Source: Squalus acanthias
Taxonomy: Eukaryota
Assembly: GCA_030390025.1 (NCBI GenBank)
Contig: CM059431.1
Location: 120,778,001-120,842,000, forward strand
DNA: 64,000 bases
Direction of reading: 5' to 3'
Below are positions 39,484-52,907 of this stretch, piece after piece. Under the pieces are notes generated by a model. The model was given only the letters and a program-made list of their open reading frames with translations, ran no database searches and was not told the DNA's origin. Position 1 is the first letter of the stretch. The number at the start of each line of letters is the position of its first letter. The position numbers and the translations under genes are program-made.

Positions 39484-40129
39484 CAACATCGCTAAAACAG
39501 ATTATCTGGTCATTATCTCATTGCTTTTTGTGAGACCTTGCTGGCTCAAATTGACTGCTGTGTTTCCTACATTACAACAGTGACTACACTTCAAGAGTAA
39601 TTCATTGACTGTAAAGCGCTTTGGGATGTCCTGAGGTCATGAAAGGCACTATATAAATGCAAGTCTTTCTTTCTTCTTTCTTTCTGAAGGGCTCAGAGGC
39701 CCAAACCACTGTAAAACATTGTCATCAGACCTCGTTGAATGATCTCTCATTTGACTGGGACTGTTTGCGAATGAAGCATGCTATAAACCAAGATACAAAA
39801 AAACTGCATAAACAGAAAATACTGGAAACATTCAGCAGATCAGTCAGCATTGTAGAGAGTACAGCAATTTAGACCCTTCATCCAAACTGACAGGTTTTGT
39901 TTTATGTTGAAAACTAGCAGCCTGAGCATTTTTTACATTCTTCAAGTCACTGCCAACACCCAGATCATCACTATCCCCAAGGTGTTCCAGCATTATTACC
40001 CAAAGAAGGACTGCTTTGGCCTCTAAACACTCTCCTTGTTCAAACAAGTGTAGGAAAAAAATTGCCAAAGATGATATTAAAGGAAAGCCTTGGGATGTTC
40101 ATTGGCTTGTCGTTCATCATGTATAAATA

Positions 40130-40645
40130 ATATGAGGTGGCAAAGCAAATAGCATGCTGGATTATATTGCCAAATCAGTTGAGTTCAAATCCCCAGAGAT
40201 CATACTGAATCTGCACAGTGCCCTGATCCAGCTACATCAAGAGTATTGCATACCATTTGCCGTGACATAATGGAGCCATCCAGGCCCCAAAGACAGTGCA
40301 GAGAAGAGAAATGAGACTTATCCCTGATGTTGGAGGGAAAAGCTCGAGAAACAACTGAAAAAGCTAGGGCTCTGCAGCCTTGCAAAGAGATGTCTCAAAG
40401 CTAACCTTGTGACATTATAAAGGTATACAAGATACTTAATGGAGAAAGTAAAGGCACAACAATACATTTAAGTGGAACTGGACAATAGGGCACAAGTTTA
40501 GGGTTCTGAAGTGGAAATTGAGGACTGACATCAGGAAGTACTTCTTTACCGAGAGGATGAACAGCAGCTGGAGCACATTGGCAGGACAGGTGGACAAGCC
40601 CAGGACACTGGATTCACTTGAGAAGCAGTTAGTGGCGGCAATGGA
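40130..40645 (+). mobile_element. Old CR1 3' remnant
   Basis: KANSMLDYIAKSVEFKS.. and GHKFRVLKWKLRTDIRKYFFTER motifs. Confidence 0.6.
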
Positions 40646-40649
40646 AATA

Positions 40650-41170
40650 TGGTAGGGTAGTTGGCGGGGGGGGGGGTGCAAATGGTAGTCAGGGGTGCCC
40701 GATCGCTGGGGCGGGGAGCAGATGGTGGTGGGGAGGGTCCGATGGTGGTTGGGGGGTAGCAGACAGATCGTGGGGGGTAGGGGTGTGTTTACTGGGTAAC
40801 TTGTTGAGCCTGGAGGAAGCACTCCTGCTCCTCCTGGCACACAAGCAGTGCTGTAAAGGTACTTACCTCATGGATTCAGCCCTTCTCACCTTCTTTCACC
40901 TGTTGGGTTTCCCGAGGCTTGGGAAACCCAGCCAAAATGAGTTAAAAATAGAACGACTGTTAAAAATGAAGGCGGGCAGCCTCATTATAATATTTAAATG
41001 ACCAACACACTTCCCGTGAGCGGATTGGTCGCCCGCCCCTCGTCCCACCTCCGTTAAAACTGGAAATGGGCGGGTTCGAGGCATGTCGGGTTCCTGTTTC
41101 AGATTTTTTTGCATTTTGACCTCTGACACGGCCCCAACCTACCCATTTTTGGGAGTTAAGATTCAGCCCC
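40650..41170. mobile_element. Partial Harbinger-type MITE
   Basis: Right end GTTAAGATTCAGCCCC resembles the GGG(C/G)TG(G/A)ATTTT TIR family; GC-rich subterminal region. Confidence 0.5.
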
Positions 41171-41859
41171 ATATCTTTCAATGCCCTGGCACAGTCTGCC
41201 AATACGCTGTAACCCTTTACTTTTAAAGAGGTGAATTGATTTAAAGACAGGTGAAAAAATTCTCCAGTTGAACCAGTTGTAAGACCATTGACAATAAATA
41301 AAATTATTGATATTCGGGCTTTGCATCATTGGGGTGGTGCTGATTATTAAAAAATAAAACACACAAGAAGCAATCCAATAAAATGCGTAATTTTTGAAAG
41401 CAATAAAGCATCACAAAGATATTTTTTATTTGCAACAGAGAGTAGGATTACTTAATAAGGTGATTTCAACAAAACATGTTCCGATTTGTTTGAATGATAT
41501 AATGCACTGTAATTCGACCTGCCACCTATTTGGAGCTGGCAGTCAGTGCTATTGTGTTTATCATGGTACTTGTATAAATTGAGCTGACGTAAAGCAGCAG
41601 CTGAACAGGAATGGAGGGATTCATGAGTGCTGGCACTAGGTGTTAGAATGATGAATATCGTACTTTAAAACCAATCATGGTCTTACTTGCAATCATTTGT
41701 CACCCTTTAAAACTGGGAAGTACCACAAATGAAAGACTAGGGAATATTTGAAGTTTTACTTTTTAACTATCCTGCAGTTGAATAAAGACAAGCTTAAATC
41801 CAGACATTGTGTCATTTTGATGCAGTACTCTTTTGTTATATCAGTAAGAAAATAATTAA

Positions 41860-44712
41860 GGGCCTGAAATTCCAACAGTGACGTTGTGCTGCCAGAAGTG
41901 AGACCTCATGGGGTCATAGTACAGGGCCTGGCATAAATTGCGCAGTCTCTTGATAAATGTGACACTTCTTTGTTCATTACCCTCACAGTGCACGAGGATG
42001 GTACTCTGATCACGTTTTCCCATCCCCTGTCACCTGCTACCTGTCCCTGAATATAAGGAAGACACTGATGGAGGCGAAGAAGAAGAAGACACACTGTCAC
42101 TGCATCTGACACTCGCAGACACCAGCTCAGAAACTGGCAGTGCGTGGACTTTAGAGGGAAGTGCAGAGGTGGGATCTGCATGTGATGAGCCACTGGGCAC
42201 AAGTGGGCTGCTGCTAGGCCGGGGGAAAGGGCAGCTCGGGTGCCAGCTCCTCGGAAAGCGAGTTCGCGCTCGAGTTCTGCTCCACAGGACTCAGACGATA
42301 ACCTCAATGGGGCGGCCTTCAGAAGAAGAGTGATGGGCAAGCACACGGAAATGCGAGGTGCAATGGCAAGCATGCTAGAGAGCCTCTTGTCAGTGTCAAA
42401 AAGCATGGGGGAGTCCGGTTCTAACATTACACGGGGTTTTGCGCAGAGCTTGAGCCCATGATTTCCAGGATGGAAATGATGAGCAACTCCACGAGACACC
42501 TTGTGGACCCAAATATGCTGGTGGGTGTGATGGGCGATGTCACAACTTCCATTGCACCACAGGTGGAAGCGACCCAACATCTCAGTACTGCAGTGGAACC
42601 TCAGACTGCTGCCATCGTCATTGGGTTTACGAGTGTCGAAAGTAGATGGCAGGGTGTCGCAGCAGTCCAGCAATCTGTCCTCCAACAGATGATTAGGATT
42701 GCTGAGGCACCGGCTCTGTGGAGCAAGAACCTGCTGTCCTCTCTCAGGGTGATAGCATTCCTACGCCCACCACTGCCACTCTCCTTGCAGCTGCCTGCCC
42801 AGACTGCTGCCACCATTGCCAAGCTGCTCAAGGTCTTCCTCCAAGGCCATCTGAAGTCTCCCCCACGGAAACTCAGAAGCCTTCCACCAGCCATGCTGCA
42901 GCCACTGGGGGAGCACTTCGTAGGAGCACTAGAGCAGGAAAAGGCACCCAAACGACAGGCACTGTGGGATTGCACAAGGGTGATTAGTTGACGTTGTTCT
43001 TTTGATTTGAATTTGATAAATTTTGTTTGGAATGTGTGTATCTCTCACTTCAGCTTTGTGCCCAGGAGGATGCTGTGATGTTCCGTGACAGAGGGATGGT
43101 ATGATGGGGATCTGGGGTTTCATTCACTGGAATCGGAGTCTGATTTGCCTGCCACCTCCCTTCATCCTTGTCTTGAGGTGGAGCTGAACCCCCTGGTGGC
43201 AGGGGCTGCGCCTTCATGATGGTCAAATTTTGGAGCATGCAGCAGACCACCATGAAAAGCGAGTACTGGAGGGCTCATCCCAAGCGATCAAGGCAGCAGA
43301 ACCATTGCTTGAGCACCCCGATGGTCTGCTCGCTGAGGTTTATCGTGGCTTTCATTATATGAGGGCCGGCCATGAGTGGTATGTTGCAGAGGGGAGTCAT
43401 CAGCCAGGTGCAGAGTGGATAGCCCTTGTCACCTCAGGTTTGACATGGTGACTGGAAGATTGCTAGCACTCTGGACTGGCGCAGGATAGCGGGCATGTCA
43501 CCATCATGATGCGCTGGGTGTGGTCGCACAACATCTGTACATTAATTGAGTTGTAGCCTTTGCAGTTACAGGATGGGTATACGTGCCCGCAAAGCATCGT
43601 GTGCGCAGTTGATGGTGCCCTGCACCTTGAGAAGGTGGTGGTGGTGAACTGCTGCTGTCTTTGTAGCAGTTTGTTACAACTGAGTGACTTGCTAGGCCAT
43701 TTCAGAGGGCAGTTAAGAGTCAACCATGTTACTGTGGGTCTGAAGTCACATATAGGCCAGACCAGGTAAGGACGGCAGATTTCCTTCCCTAAAGGACATT
43801 AGTGAACCAGATGGGTTTTTACAACAATCTGGTAGTTTCCTGGTCACCATTACTGACACTAACTTTTTATTCCAGCTTTATTTAATTGAATTTTAATTCC
43901 CCAGCTGCCGTGGTGGGATTTGAACACGCATCACCAGATTGTTAGTCCAGGCCTCTGGATTACTAGTCCAGTAAATAACCACTATGCTACCGTGCCTCTG
44001 TGACCACCTCATTGGCGGAGCCTCCTAATACACTGCTCCTGTCTTAGGTGCAGGTAGGAGAAGTGCTCCCTGCAGACCCTATGTGGGTAGGGCCTCCTCC
44101 TGTTCCTCCTCCTCCTCCCTCTGTGAGCATCTTGTCCTCTTCTTCGCTGCCTCCACTCCATCTCCCTATCATACTCGAGCACAAGGGGGACTGCAAGTAG
44201 AGCCCTCATGACTGTGAGCAAGTGGTGTGAGCAGAACCCCTTAAATGAGAAGCAAGGCCTTCTCCACTTGCAGCAACACTCCCTGTTTCCTTAGCAACTT
44301 TAAACAACTTTAGGAAGCTCCAAACAGTAGCACAAAAGTAGACAGAGCCAGTAGAACTGAAAAAGCAAGTCAGCTGCATGTTGTTAATGATCCCTTTAAA
44401 TAACGCTGCTGGGGGCTCCTTCCTGCTGCTGAATGCATGGTCAGCTGGTTGTGATTAGGAGAGGGCGGTAAATGGAGCAGTGACGTCCAAAAATGGCAGA
44501 TTGTGCGTCAAATCAATGTTGCACACTCATTGATGTCATGATATGCCTAATCTAAATATCTGGAGAGAGCACTGGCAACAGCAGTGCTACCGACCTCCGC
44601 AAAATGGCGGCTACCGTGAGACCCTCCGGATGCGAGCAGAAGCGAGTCGGCCGCCATTTTTTCATCAAAACCGGCCTTAACAGCTGGCGCTAAACCCCCG
44701 AGTTTCGTGGCC
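41860..44712. mobile_element. Decayed PIF/Harbinger transposon
   Basis: Left end TAA|GGGCCTGAAATTCC; Myb-gene exon-3 remnant on + (42030-42990, ends LHKGD); transposase remnant on - (44209-43124); right TIR weak. Confidence 0.75.
43626..43998 (-). mobile_element. tRNA-headed SINE with tail of the second CR1 family, inserted in a transposase
   Basis: Minus strand begins GAGGCACGGTAGCATAGTGG..GTTCAAATCCC; ends CACCACCTTCTCAAGG; sister copy at 51385-51720. Confidence 0.75.
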
Positions 44713-45152
44713 ACAGTTGCTTCCGTGTCTCCTTAATGAACTGTTGCTTCCTTAAGTAGATTTCTCCTGAGATAGCACTGAGGGAGTAATGCGTAGACTC
44801 TAGTGGCAGGCTAACAACCCAGTTAGTTGTCTTCTCTTTCAGAGTAGTCTTATCCGGCACACCTGTCTCATTTCCTTTTGCTCCTATTCTGCCTTCATCA
44901 TAAGGACTTATATTGGAATGGCCATAGTGAACCCCATGATAAGGGCTCCATGACAGAAGGGTGGGAATTAAAAGATTTCCATGACTGAAACTGAAGAAAG
45001 GCAGTTTGCAAAATCCTTTCTTAGTAGCATAGCTGAGAGCAGATTTTTCTGATTGCTTCAGTCAAAATTAATATTTCAGTCAAGGTTTGTACACATTCAA
45101 AGCATTTATCAAACACCTCCTGGTTTGACAAATCATGCAGGTAATTTACAAA

Positions 45153-45555
45153 AACAACAACAACAACAACAAGAACTTGTATTTATACAGCGCCTTTAAC
45201 GTTGTAAAACATCCCAAGGTGATTCACAGAAGCGTTATCAAACAAAATTTGACACTGAGCCACATAAAGAAATATTAGGGCAGGTGACCAAAAGTTTGGT
45301 TAAAGAGGTAGGTTTTAAGGAGCATCTTAAAAGAGGTAAAAGAGATAGAGAGGTTTAGGGAGGGAATTCCAGAGCTTAGGGCCTTGGCAGCTGAAGGCAC
45401 GGCCGCCAATGGTGGAGCAATTAAAATTAGGAAGGATTGTAGGGCTGAAGGATATTACAGAGATAGGGTGGGGCAAGGCCATAGAGGATTTGAAAACAAG
45501 GATGAGAATTTTAAAACCGAGGCGTTGCTTAACTGGGAGCCAATGTAGGTCAGCG
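45153..45555 (-). mobile_element. L2-type LINE 3' end
   Basis: (AAC)n tail, colinear with 7022-7622. Confidence 0.7.
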
Positions 45556-47125
45556 ATTTACTCTTTTTTACCACAGGCTTACCTTAATCAAGTGCAATTC
45601 TGGTATAAATTTCTGGAACAGCAGGTTTTGCCCTAATTATCCTGTCATTTTCATACATACACCACTTTGCGTTGGCTGCATCTTTTGCTATCATGCAGTT
45701 CCAGCAAAATTTAGCATGTATTTTAGAATGGATGTAACTCTGGCATATCTGATTTGCACCCCAAATTCAGAACTACACCCCTTTCCCCCACCCTCCAAAT
45801 TGTGCTCTAACATTTTTAAATAGCATGTAAAGCAAAGATTTGCAGATATACTTACACCATTTGTGTATGCTGCGTTCCATCAAAGACACACAGATTTAAG
45901 ACCTTCCTAATTGAAGAATCTTGTCCATCTTATTTCATACGTGGAAAATTCTATATAACACACAGAGAGAGAAACTTGTGAACAAAACGTCATTGGGAAA
46001 ATGCATCTGTATATAATTGATGTCCCCTGTCTACAATTTGAATATCACAACAGTAAACTGCTAATGACCACTGTGGTAATAAAACCCAAGTGTTTGACAA
46101 GATATAATAATACTTTCTCCTTCTGTGCAGTAGCACAGAATCCATTAGCAGTGGTAGAAATACAGACAGAGCTGGAGATCCGGTGAAATTCTGGCTTGTC
46201 TTTTCTCAATGTCCTGCAAAAGGTTCTGTTATAGCACCAAATGACTTTTTCATTAACAACTCTGAATAGTTATGTCCCTTAAGCACATATTTTGCCACTA
46301 TATTAAGTATGCAACATTAGTTAAACAATATCCCAGCTGCAATACTTTTTCTTGGCTATTATAAGCTCTACTAGCAAGAATCATGTCTAAATAGGTAATC
46401 TCCAAGCACTGAGTTCCAGAGTCATTTCTGTCACTTGCTCATCACATTTGCCCTAATGCAGTGGTGGTTGAGGATATTGTTATTCAGGTCTTGCTCACAG
46501 GCTGATAAGCTACGATGTAATTATGCTCAACTGTCATCTATGGCCAATATGAGCTGGTAAATCCTTGGAGAAGGCTCAATCTGTCATCCTTGGATTCTAT
46601 CTTCTATTCAAACCCACACAGCTCTTACTTGTGAACAGAATCCTTCTGTCCAGTAGCGTAGCATCCATTATCTAATATTAGATAGGTTCTATGGCATTAT
46701 TCAACTAAGCACTGCTGATGCAATGTTTTTTCTGTTGCTGGTTGTTCTGAACAATCTGTTCCCTGGAGACTCTTGTCTCCTAATTTTTATCTGTTTTTAT
46801 TCTGCAATACAACAGTGACTATGGGCTGGATTTTCCCAGCGAAGGCGGGATCGCAGCAGGAGAGGTAGTTGGCGGGTTCCGGTCTCGCTCTCGGCTGCAG
46901 CCGCTCTGTCAAAAGGATTTTCCAATAATAGGGCTTGTTAAGCCAGCCCTGCGGGGTTCCCGGCCAATTAAAAGGAAGCGGGTCTGATGACGTCATTTGA
47001 TGATGCATCATCAGCCAGTTTCCTTAAAGGGACCATATCCAAATTAATTTTGACAGTTCTGCTGTCAGTGTTCTGCAGCACTGAGGTGCTGCAAACACTG
47101 ACAAGCACTGCACAAAGGTGCATGG

Positions 47126-47573
47126 GGATGGGGGATCTTAGCTACAAGGACAGGTTAGAGAAGCTGGATTTGCTTTCATTAGAGCAAAGAAAGTCGAGGG
47201 GTGATTTGATAGAGGTGTACAAGATTATGACTGGTTTGGATAGGCTAGACGGGAAAAGGCTGTTCCCGCTAGTTGATGGTACAAGGACTAGGGGACACAG
47301 ATTTAAGATTTTGGGCAAGCAATACAGGGAGGACGTGAGGAAAAACTTTTTTACGCAGCGAGTGGTGATGACCTGGAATTCACCGCCGACGGAAGTGGTG
47401 GAAGCAGGGACACTCAATGTTTTCAAGGGGAGACTGGATAGGCACGTGCGGGAAATAAACTTGCAGGGCTACGGGGATAGAGTGGGGGAATGGGACTGAC
47501 TGGATTGCTCTACAGAGAGCCGGCATGGACTCGATGGGCCGAATGGCCTCCTTCTGTGCCGTTATAACTCTAT
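47126..47573 (+). mobile_element. CR1 3' fragment
   Basis: LSYKDRLEKL..RGDLIEVYKIM..TRGHRFK..FFTQRVV; tail ACTCTATG continues at 50824. Confidence 0.9.
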
Positions 47574-50500
47574 GGGCAGAATTTTCATTGACCCGTGGAG
47601 GCGGGTTTGGAGGCGTGTGGGGGGTTAAAATTGCGAAAACTGGCGGGCGAGCACAAGCCCGTCTCCATCCCGCCTCCACGCAATTTTCATTAAATGGTGT
47701 CTGTTGGTCCCGACTCCGTCCCGCCTCCAAGAGGCGGGATAGGCCGTTAAGGCCCTGAACAAGCACTAAATTGCCTCTATAATGCCATTTTGAAAGGCGT
47801 TTGTGATTTTAACCCTTTTTCCACATGAAGCACGCCTGTTCTGAACCACGAATGTGAACCCTGACGGTAGCACATTTGGATTGCTGACTATCAGCTGCAG
47901 CTCAACCATGAAATAGGAGATGTGATCAGCCATCATTTGCAGTTGGCAGGACTTTGTTGTCTGAGGTCTGGGGGAACTTTTATATGGCATAACCACAGCT
48001 ATGGAAGTTTGGAGCCTGACACCCATCTCCAGTGTGACCTCCTGGGAAACCCTTCTCGCCACCTTGACTGAGCGCTTCCTCAACTGATGCATATACCAGA
48101 AGCATGGGAACAATTTATTTCCTTTCCTCCTGGACATCAGATTCGGACGAGGACCAGCCGTGGCAGCAGGAGAACCATGAACAACAGCACCACTAGCAGC
48201 AGCAGCATCAACAGGAGTGCCAAGCTGCTCCTCACCCACCAGAAGCTGCACAAGCCAGAAGGCACCAGCGCGCGACCACATTGCTGCCCGAGATGCAAGA
48301 GACGCACTTGACCAGATTTGCTTAGCCTGCACAATCAAACACTTTTGCCTCGCACCTTCTTATCAGACCATCGACAATGGCCAGGAACATGCGGATTCCT
48401 ATCAATCTGACCACCATACTGACAATTGCAAGTCATCCTAAGCCCTCAATGTGGAAGTCCCATTTGCGAAATGACAGATGCCACAACTTCAGCAGTTTGC
48501 CAGCAGAATTTTTAATCACACCAAGCAAGTGCTGGCATTTCAAGATTAAACACATTACACCCAAGTGACTACCCTTGTGACTACTTGTGCATTATTTTTC
48601 TTTTATGCATCCTCCTACGTGGTGCTTCCCCTGTGGCTTCAGCAGATGTGGAGGCCCCTTGCTCACTTTCTTGCTGCTCCTGCCTCGACACCTTTGGCGG
48701 GCGTCCTCTGGGGTTGCGAGCCTGTGAGGGCTCGGCAACAGTCTGCTGCTCCTGCGGCTGTGCAGGGGTTGAGACGCCCATCTCAGTTGGGTGGGGATTC
48801 TGGTGGGGCTCTGACCGAGGGCTTTGCAGTGGCTTGGTCGTGTGAGCGCTTGGAGAGGAGCCCCCACTTCCTTGTTGTCTGCCACCAACATCCCTCTCAT
48901 GGGTCAGCCCCACCTCAGCGTTTGCAAGTGGATTGCGAGCACCTTGCTGCACATCAGGGGGGGCATGGGGACCCGTATCTGCACTGGAGGTCCTGCTCAG
49001 AAGGACTTCCATGAAGGTCTGGTTTCTGTGTTCAATAGATGACCATCGCTCCTCAAGAGATGCCAGTCTATTCTGAACAATGACCATGTTTTCTACACTC
49101 TGGCGACTTATCTCCTCCATAGCAATAGCCATCCTCTCCTCTACTGTAGCCATCCTTCCCACGGAGGTTGCCATCCTTTCCGTGGTGATGCGTTCATGCG
49201 CCAATGACTCCACAAAGGCTGTGCTCATGTTCGCTATGGACTCCTCCATTCGCTCCACACTCACAGCGACCCTGGAGACAAAACCTGCCAGAGACTCCTG
49301 CATCTGTTCCTGGAGTTCCAGCACCACTGATCTTATGGATGGACCCAGAGGCAGAGGGTCGACATGCAGCTGAGCCAAGCTGGGAGAGTCCTGCGCCCTC
49401 CGACTAGGACTCTCCACTGCTGTCCCTGTTTCCACTATCTGCTGATGCTCACTTGTGAGCTGTGATACACCAGGTGACAACATTACTCTATCTCGCGATG
49501 TTCCCTCCGAGGTGTGAGTGTCTGCGCTGGTGCTGGGTGCGCTGAATTCTGCTGACGTGGCGCCCTCAGAGGTTGCAGCTTCCTCTGAGGAGTGGTGAGG
49601 CTCATGCACTTCCACCTGGACGGTGGGGACGGCTGCTCGCGATGGTCCTGGGGGGAGTAAAGGAAAGAGTCAGAGATGTGAGTCCAAGGTTACATGCACA
49701 TTTCAAATTGCAGATGATCATAAGTCAGTCTGCTGGAGCATCAGAATCATTATCAGTGACTCATGCAATGTCAATGAGAGAGATGATAAACTATTCAGTC
49801 ACCAGCTTGCTCTGATGCACCCGTCTGTCCGTCCCCCACTTGCGCATCCTCCTCCACTCCCATGATCTCCAGGACCAACTCCTCCCAGGTGGTGAGCTGG
49901 GCTACTGAGGGTGGCCCTCCTCCTGTCCTTGCTCTTTCCCTCTTATTGTGAGCTCTCTTTTCCTGCAATGAGGGAGACAAGTGGAGTTTGAGTGAGAATG
50001 AAGGAGTGAGTGTAGAGAATCTATATCATTGATGGTTAGAAGGAGACAAATTCGGAGTGAGGTGGCAAGACCATGGGCCCTCCCTGTGTGTTGTAAGTTG
50101 TTTTCATAGCATCACAGCGATAGGGAGTGTGAGGGCTGCATAGTCGAATAGTTAGGTGAATGTGACCATACAGAGAGAGGGAATGGGTAAGGGTGCAGGG
50201 ATGTCAGTGTCAAGTGGGATGTGGAGGAAGAGGTTGTCAAAGCTGAGTGCTGGTGAGGAGAGGCTATGGGGATCAGATTGAGGGTGATGGGAAATTCATA
50301 CTCACTTTTCCAGTGCGCAGCAGGTCATGAAACCTCTTCCTGCACTGAAGCCAGGTTCTGCGGGTTATGGACAACGAGTTGACCTCCTCTGCCACCTGGA
50401 TCCACACAGCCTTGGTTTGATGGGAAGGCTTCTTCCTCCCTGAAGAAGGGAAGAGCACCTCCTTATTAGCTCTGGCTCCTCAATTAAAACTTGCAGGGCG

Positions 50501-50823
50501 ACGTCATCAAATCGAGGTGCAGACCTAGGTCTCTGGCTGGCCATTCTTGCTGCAGGTGCCTCGAACATGCAAAGGCAGAAGCTTGGCAGTCTGCAGAGGA
50601 AGCAAGGCTTGTTGCAGACCTTAAATGCTGCAGTAATGATGGCGTCATCGGAATCGACTTTCAGACTGGAAAAACTCACTGGCCATGGGTTCCCACACGT
50701 TGGAACTCAATTGGCCAATTATGTTAAAATCGCATCAATCTCCCACATCGATTTAGATTCGGGTGGCTAACATGAAATGCGGATTACACAACCTCAGCCC
50801 GCCCCTGAATCAAAATCCAGCCC
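47574..50823. mobile_element. Harbinger derivative retaining the Myb gene, transposase essentially deleted
   Basis: TIRs GGGCAGAATTTTC / CAAAATCCAGCCC, TSD TAT/TAT inside the CR1 tail. Confidence 0.8.
48581..50544 (-). pseudogene. Harbinger Myb/SANT-like gene (3 exons)
   Basis: MASQRPRSAPRFDDVALQVLI../LFP..WIQVAEEVNS..RRTWLQCRKRFHDL (frameshift in exon 1); EKRAHNKRERARTGGG; open 344-aa exon 3 (48581-49615). Confidence 0.8.
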
Positions 50824-51384
50824 TATGACTCTATGGCTGCACCCAGGCTCTCGCATGACTCCCTCCATATGCTTATGGAGGGAGTCACAACACGCAGGGA
50901 GGTTCTCTTCCCTTCCCATGGGTGGAAGAGACCTCCCTAGGATACCAACGCAGCCTGGTTGCACAGTGCGCAAGAGGGCAAAAGCAGGGATGTCGTCAGA
51001 GGACCAGGCTGCAGTGGCGCCAACCTTTCAATGATCTGAGCAGATCACGAAACGTAACTGCCAAGCCACACTCAACCTCATCCTGCTGTGCCACTCGTCA
51101 CATCCCCATCACTCTGCCTTCCCTACCCTACTCCTGCACATCCTTATTCACACCAACTTACCTTGCACCTCCACCCATCCCTCTCTAGCTACATTATCAC
51201 TTCCCATCTCACTAGTCACCCCTCACACTTACCCACATCCTACTGCAAACATACCAACTAACAACACACAAGGGTAGGCACTTGAGCGGTTTAGCCAAAG
51301 TTCATGTGAAGTTTCTGTTAATGTGTTGTCAAACATTGAAATCTATATTTTCAACACTTCACCTTATTGGACAGATCTGTATCA

Positions 51385-51720
51385 GTAATGGTGGCTATGA
51401 AACTACCGGATTGCCAGAAAAACCCAACTGGTTCACTAATGTCCTTAAGGGAAGCAAATCTGCCGTCCTCACCCAGTCTAGCCTATATGTGACTCCAGAC
51501 CCAAGGAATGTGGTTGACTCTTAACTGCCCTCTGAAATGGCCTAGCAAACCACTTGGTTGTACCAAACCGCTACGACAAAGTCAATGTGGGAGTTCCTTC
51601 GCCACAAGCACTGCAGCCGGTTCAAGAAGGCAGCTCACCACCACCTTCTCAAGGGCAATTAGGGATGGGCAATAAATGCAGCGACGCCCACATCCCGTGA
51701 ACGAATAAATAAATAAAAAT
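51385..51720 (+). mobile_element. 5'-truncated SINE (family of 43626-43998)
   Basis: Colinear with the reverse complement of 43626-43860; ends AATAAATAAATAAAAA. Confidence 0.75.
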
Positions 51721-51799
51721 ATTGTTTTCAGGGAAGGAGAAGGAAAATTTTCACTAATGGAAAGTGTAGAATAATAATCATCCAAGCTTGGAGATCTAT

Positions 51800-52650
51800 G
51801 CAACCAAGATTTTGTGATCGGTGTCGGGATGGGTGCAGGACAGCTGGTTTCCAGGTTCCGGTCCCGCCCCCAGCTGCCTCCGCTCCACAGAGGTGATTTT
51901 ACCTTGATTGACCTTGTTAAGCCCGTCCTTACCAGCCAATTAACAGGAAGCGGGTCTGATGACGTCATTTGATGACGCGTCATCTGCCAGTTTTCTTAAA
52001 GGGACCACGCACAATTTTATTTTGACAGTTGATTTCTCAGTGTTTGACAGCATTGAGGTGCTGAAAACACTGACAATCACTGCACAAAGGTCAACTCTTA
52101 CACCCAGGCTCTCCAATGACTCCCTCCATATGCTGTAGGTGAGGTGACAGAAGCGATCTGTCACTGGTGAGAGAGGTTCTCCCAATGAGGTGGCACTGGA
52201 CATATAGTTGGATTTAAAAACTTGTAAGCTAAAGAAATCTGTATATGTTTTAAAAATGCAGTAACCAACATGTTCTTTGCTCTGAAACTCACCATGTGCA
52301 ACATTGCATCCTTCACACCACTTCTGCAGCTGATATCTTTTCACAAACATTACAGCAGACTCACAACACGCCACACTTACCTGGCGTGGTGTCCGGACGT
52401 CGGGAAACCCGACCCAGATGTGGGAAAATCCAAAAACATGCTGAAACCTACTGACAAGTACCTGTTAATAGGCAGGAAATTGCCTTTAATCCATTTCCCA
52501 CTGCTAGGTGTCGGGTCCATTCGCAAATCGGGGACCCAACACTTGGGAAAGCTGTTTGGAGGTGGGTTGATGGCGGGTTTGGGACCCGCCGCCAATCAAC
52601 AGCACTTTAACCCCTGACGCGGCTCTCTGAGCGCCGGTAAAATTGCGGCC
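51800..52650. mobile_element. Harbinger-type MITE
   Basis: Shares CCTTGTTAAGCCC..CCAATTAA..GGAAGCGGGTCTGATGACGTCA with 26392 and 46823 elements; right end GTAAAATTGCGGCC. Confidence 0.6.
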
Positions 52651-52741
52651 TAAGTCTCTGACTTCCCAAAGATTTTGAAGATGTATGTCAGGGCCTAGTG
52701 TCTTTTCCACTTTGAGTTCCATCAACTTCTCTCAGTACTTA

Positions 52742-52907
52742 ACATAGAAACATAGAATCATAGAATGATACAGCACAGAAAAAGCTCATTCAGCGCATCA
52801 TGCCTGTGTCGGCTCTTTAAAAGAGCTATCCAATTAGTCCCACTCCCATGCTCTTTCATCATAACCCTGCAATTTTTTCCTGTGAAAGTATTTAGCGAAT
52901 TCCCTTT
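52742..52907 (-). mobile_element. CR1 3' end, interrupted by the provirus
   Basis: (CATAGAA)n tail then CR1 3' UTR and ORF2 end, cut abruptly at the TG of the LTR. Confidence 0.8.

Larger units (their letters stand above)
38790..39680 (+). mobile_element. SINE with L2-like tail (Deu/SacSINE-like), split by the Penelope insertion
   Basis: CAACATCACTAA|AACAGATTATCTGGTCATT.. and tail GTAAAGCGCTTTGGGATGTCCTGAGG..TATATAAATGCAAGTC(TTTC)n; family name from memory. Confidence 0.6.
46823..51385 (+). mobile_element. Harbinger-derived element (46823-47125 plus 50835-51385) split by CR1 and another Harbinger
   Basis: TIR GGGCTGGATTTTCC; AAAGGTGCATGG|CTGCACCCAGG rejoins across the insertions; same family as 14360-15858. 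Confidence 0.7.

Noticed and set aside
39810..39892. Further Penelope-like terminal remnant similar to 32780-32873
   Set aside because: Too short and degraded to delimit confidently
45856..45906. Possible 51-nt host exon on minus strand (KVLNLCVFDGTQHTQM) with AG/GTAAGT ends
   Set aside because: Short, weak acceptor, no recognisable protein or partner exons
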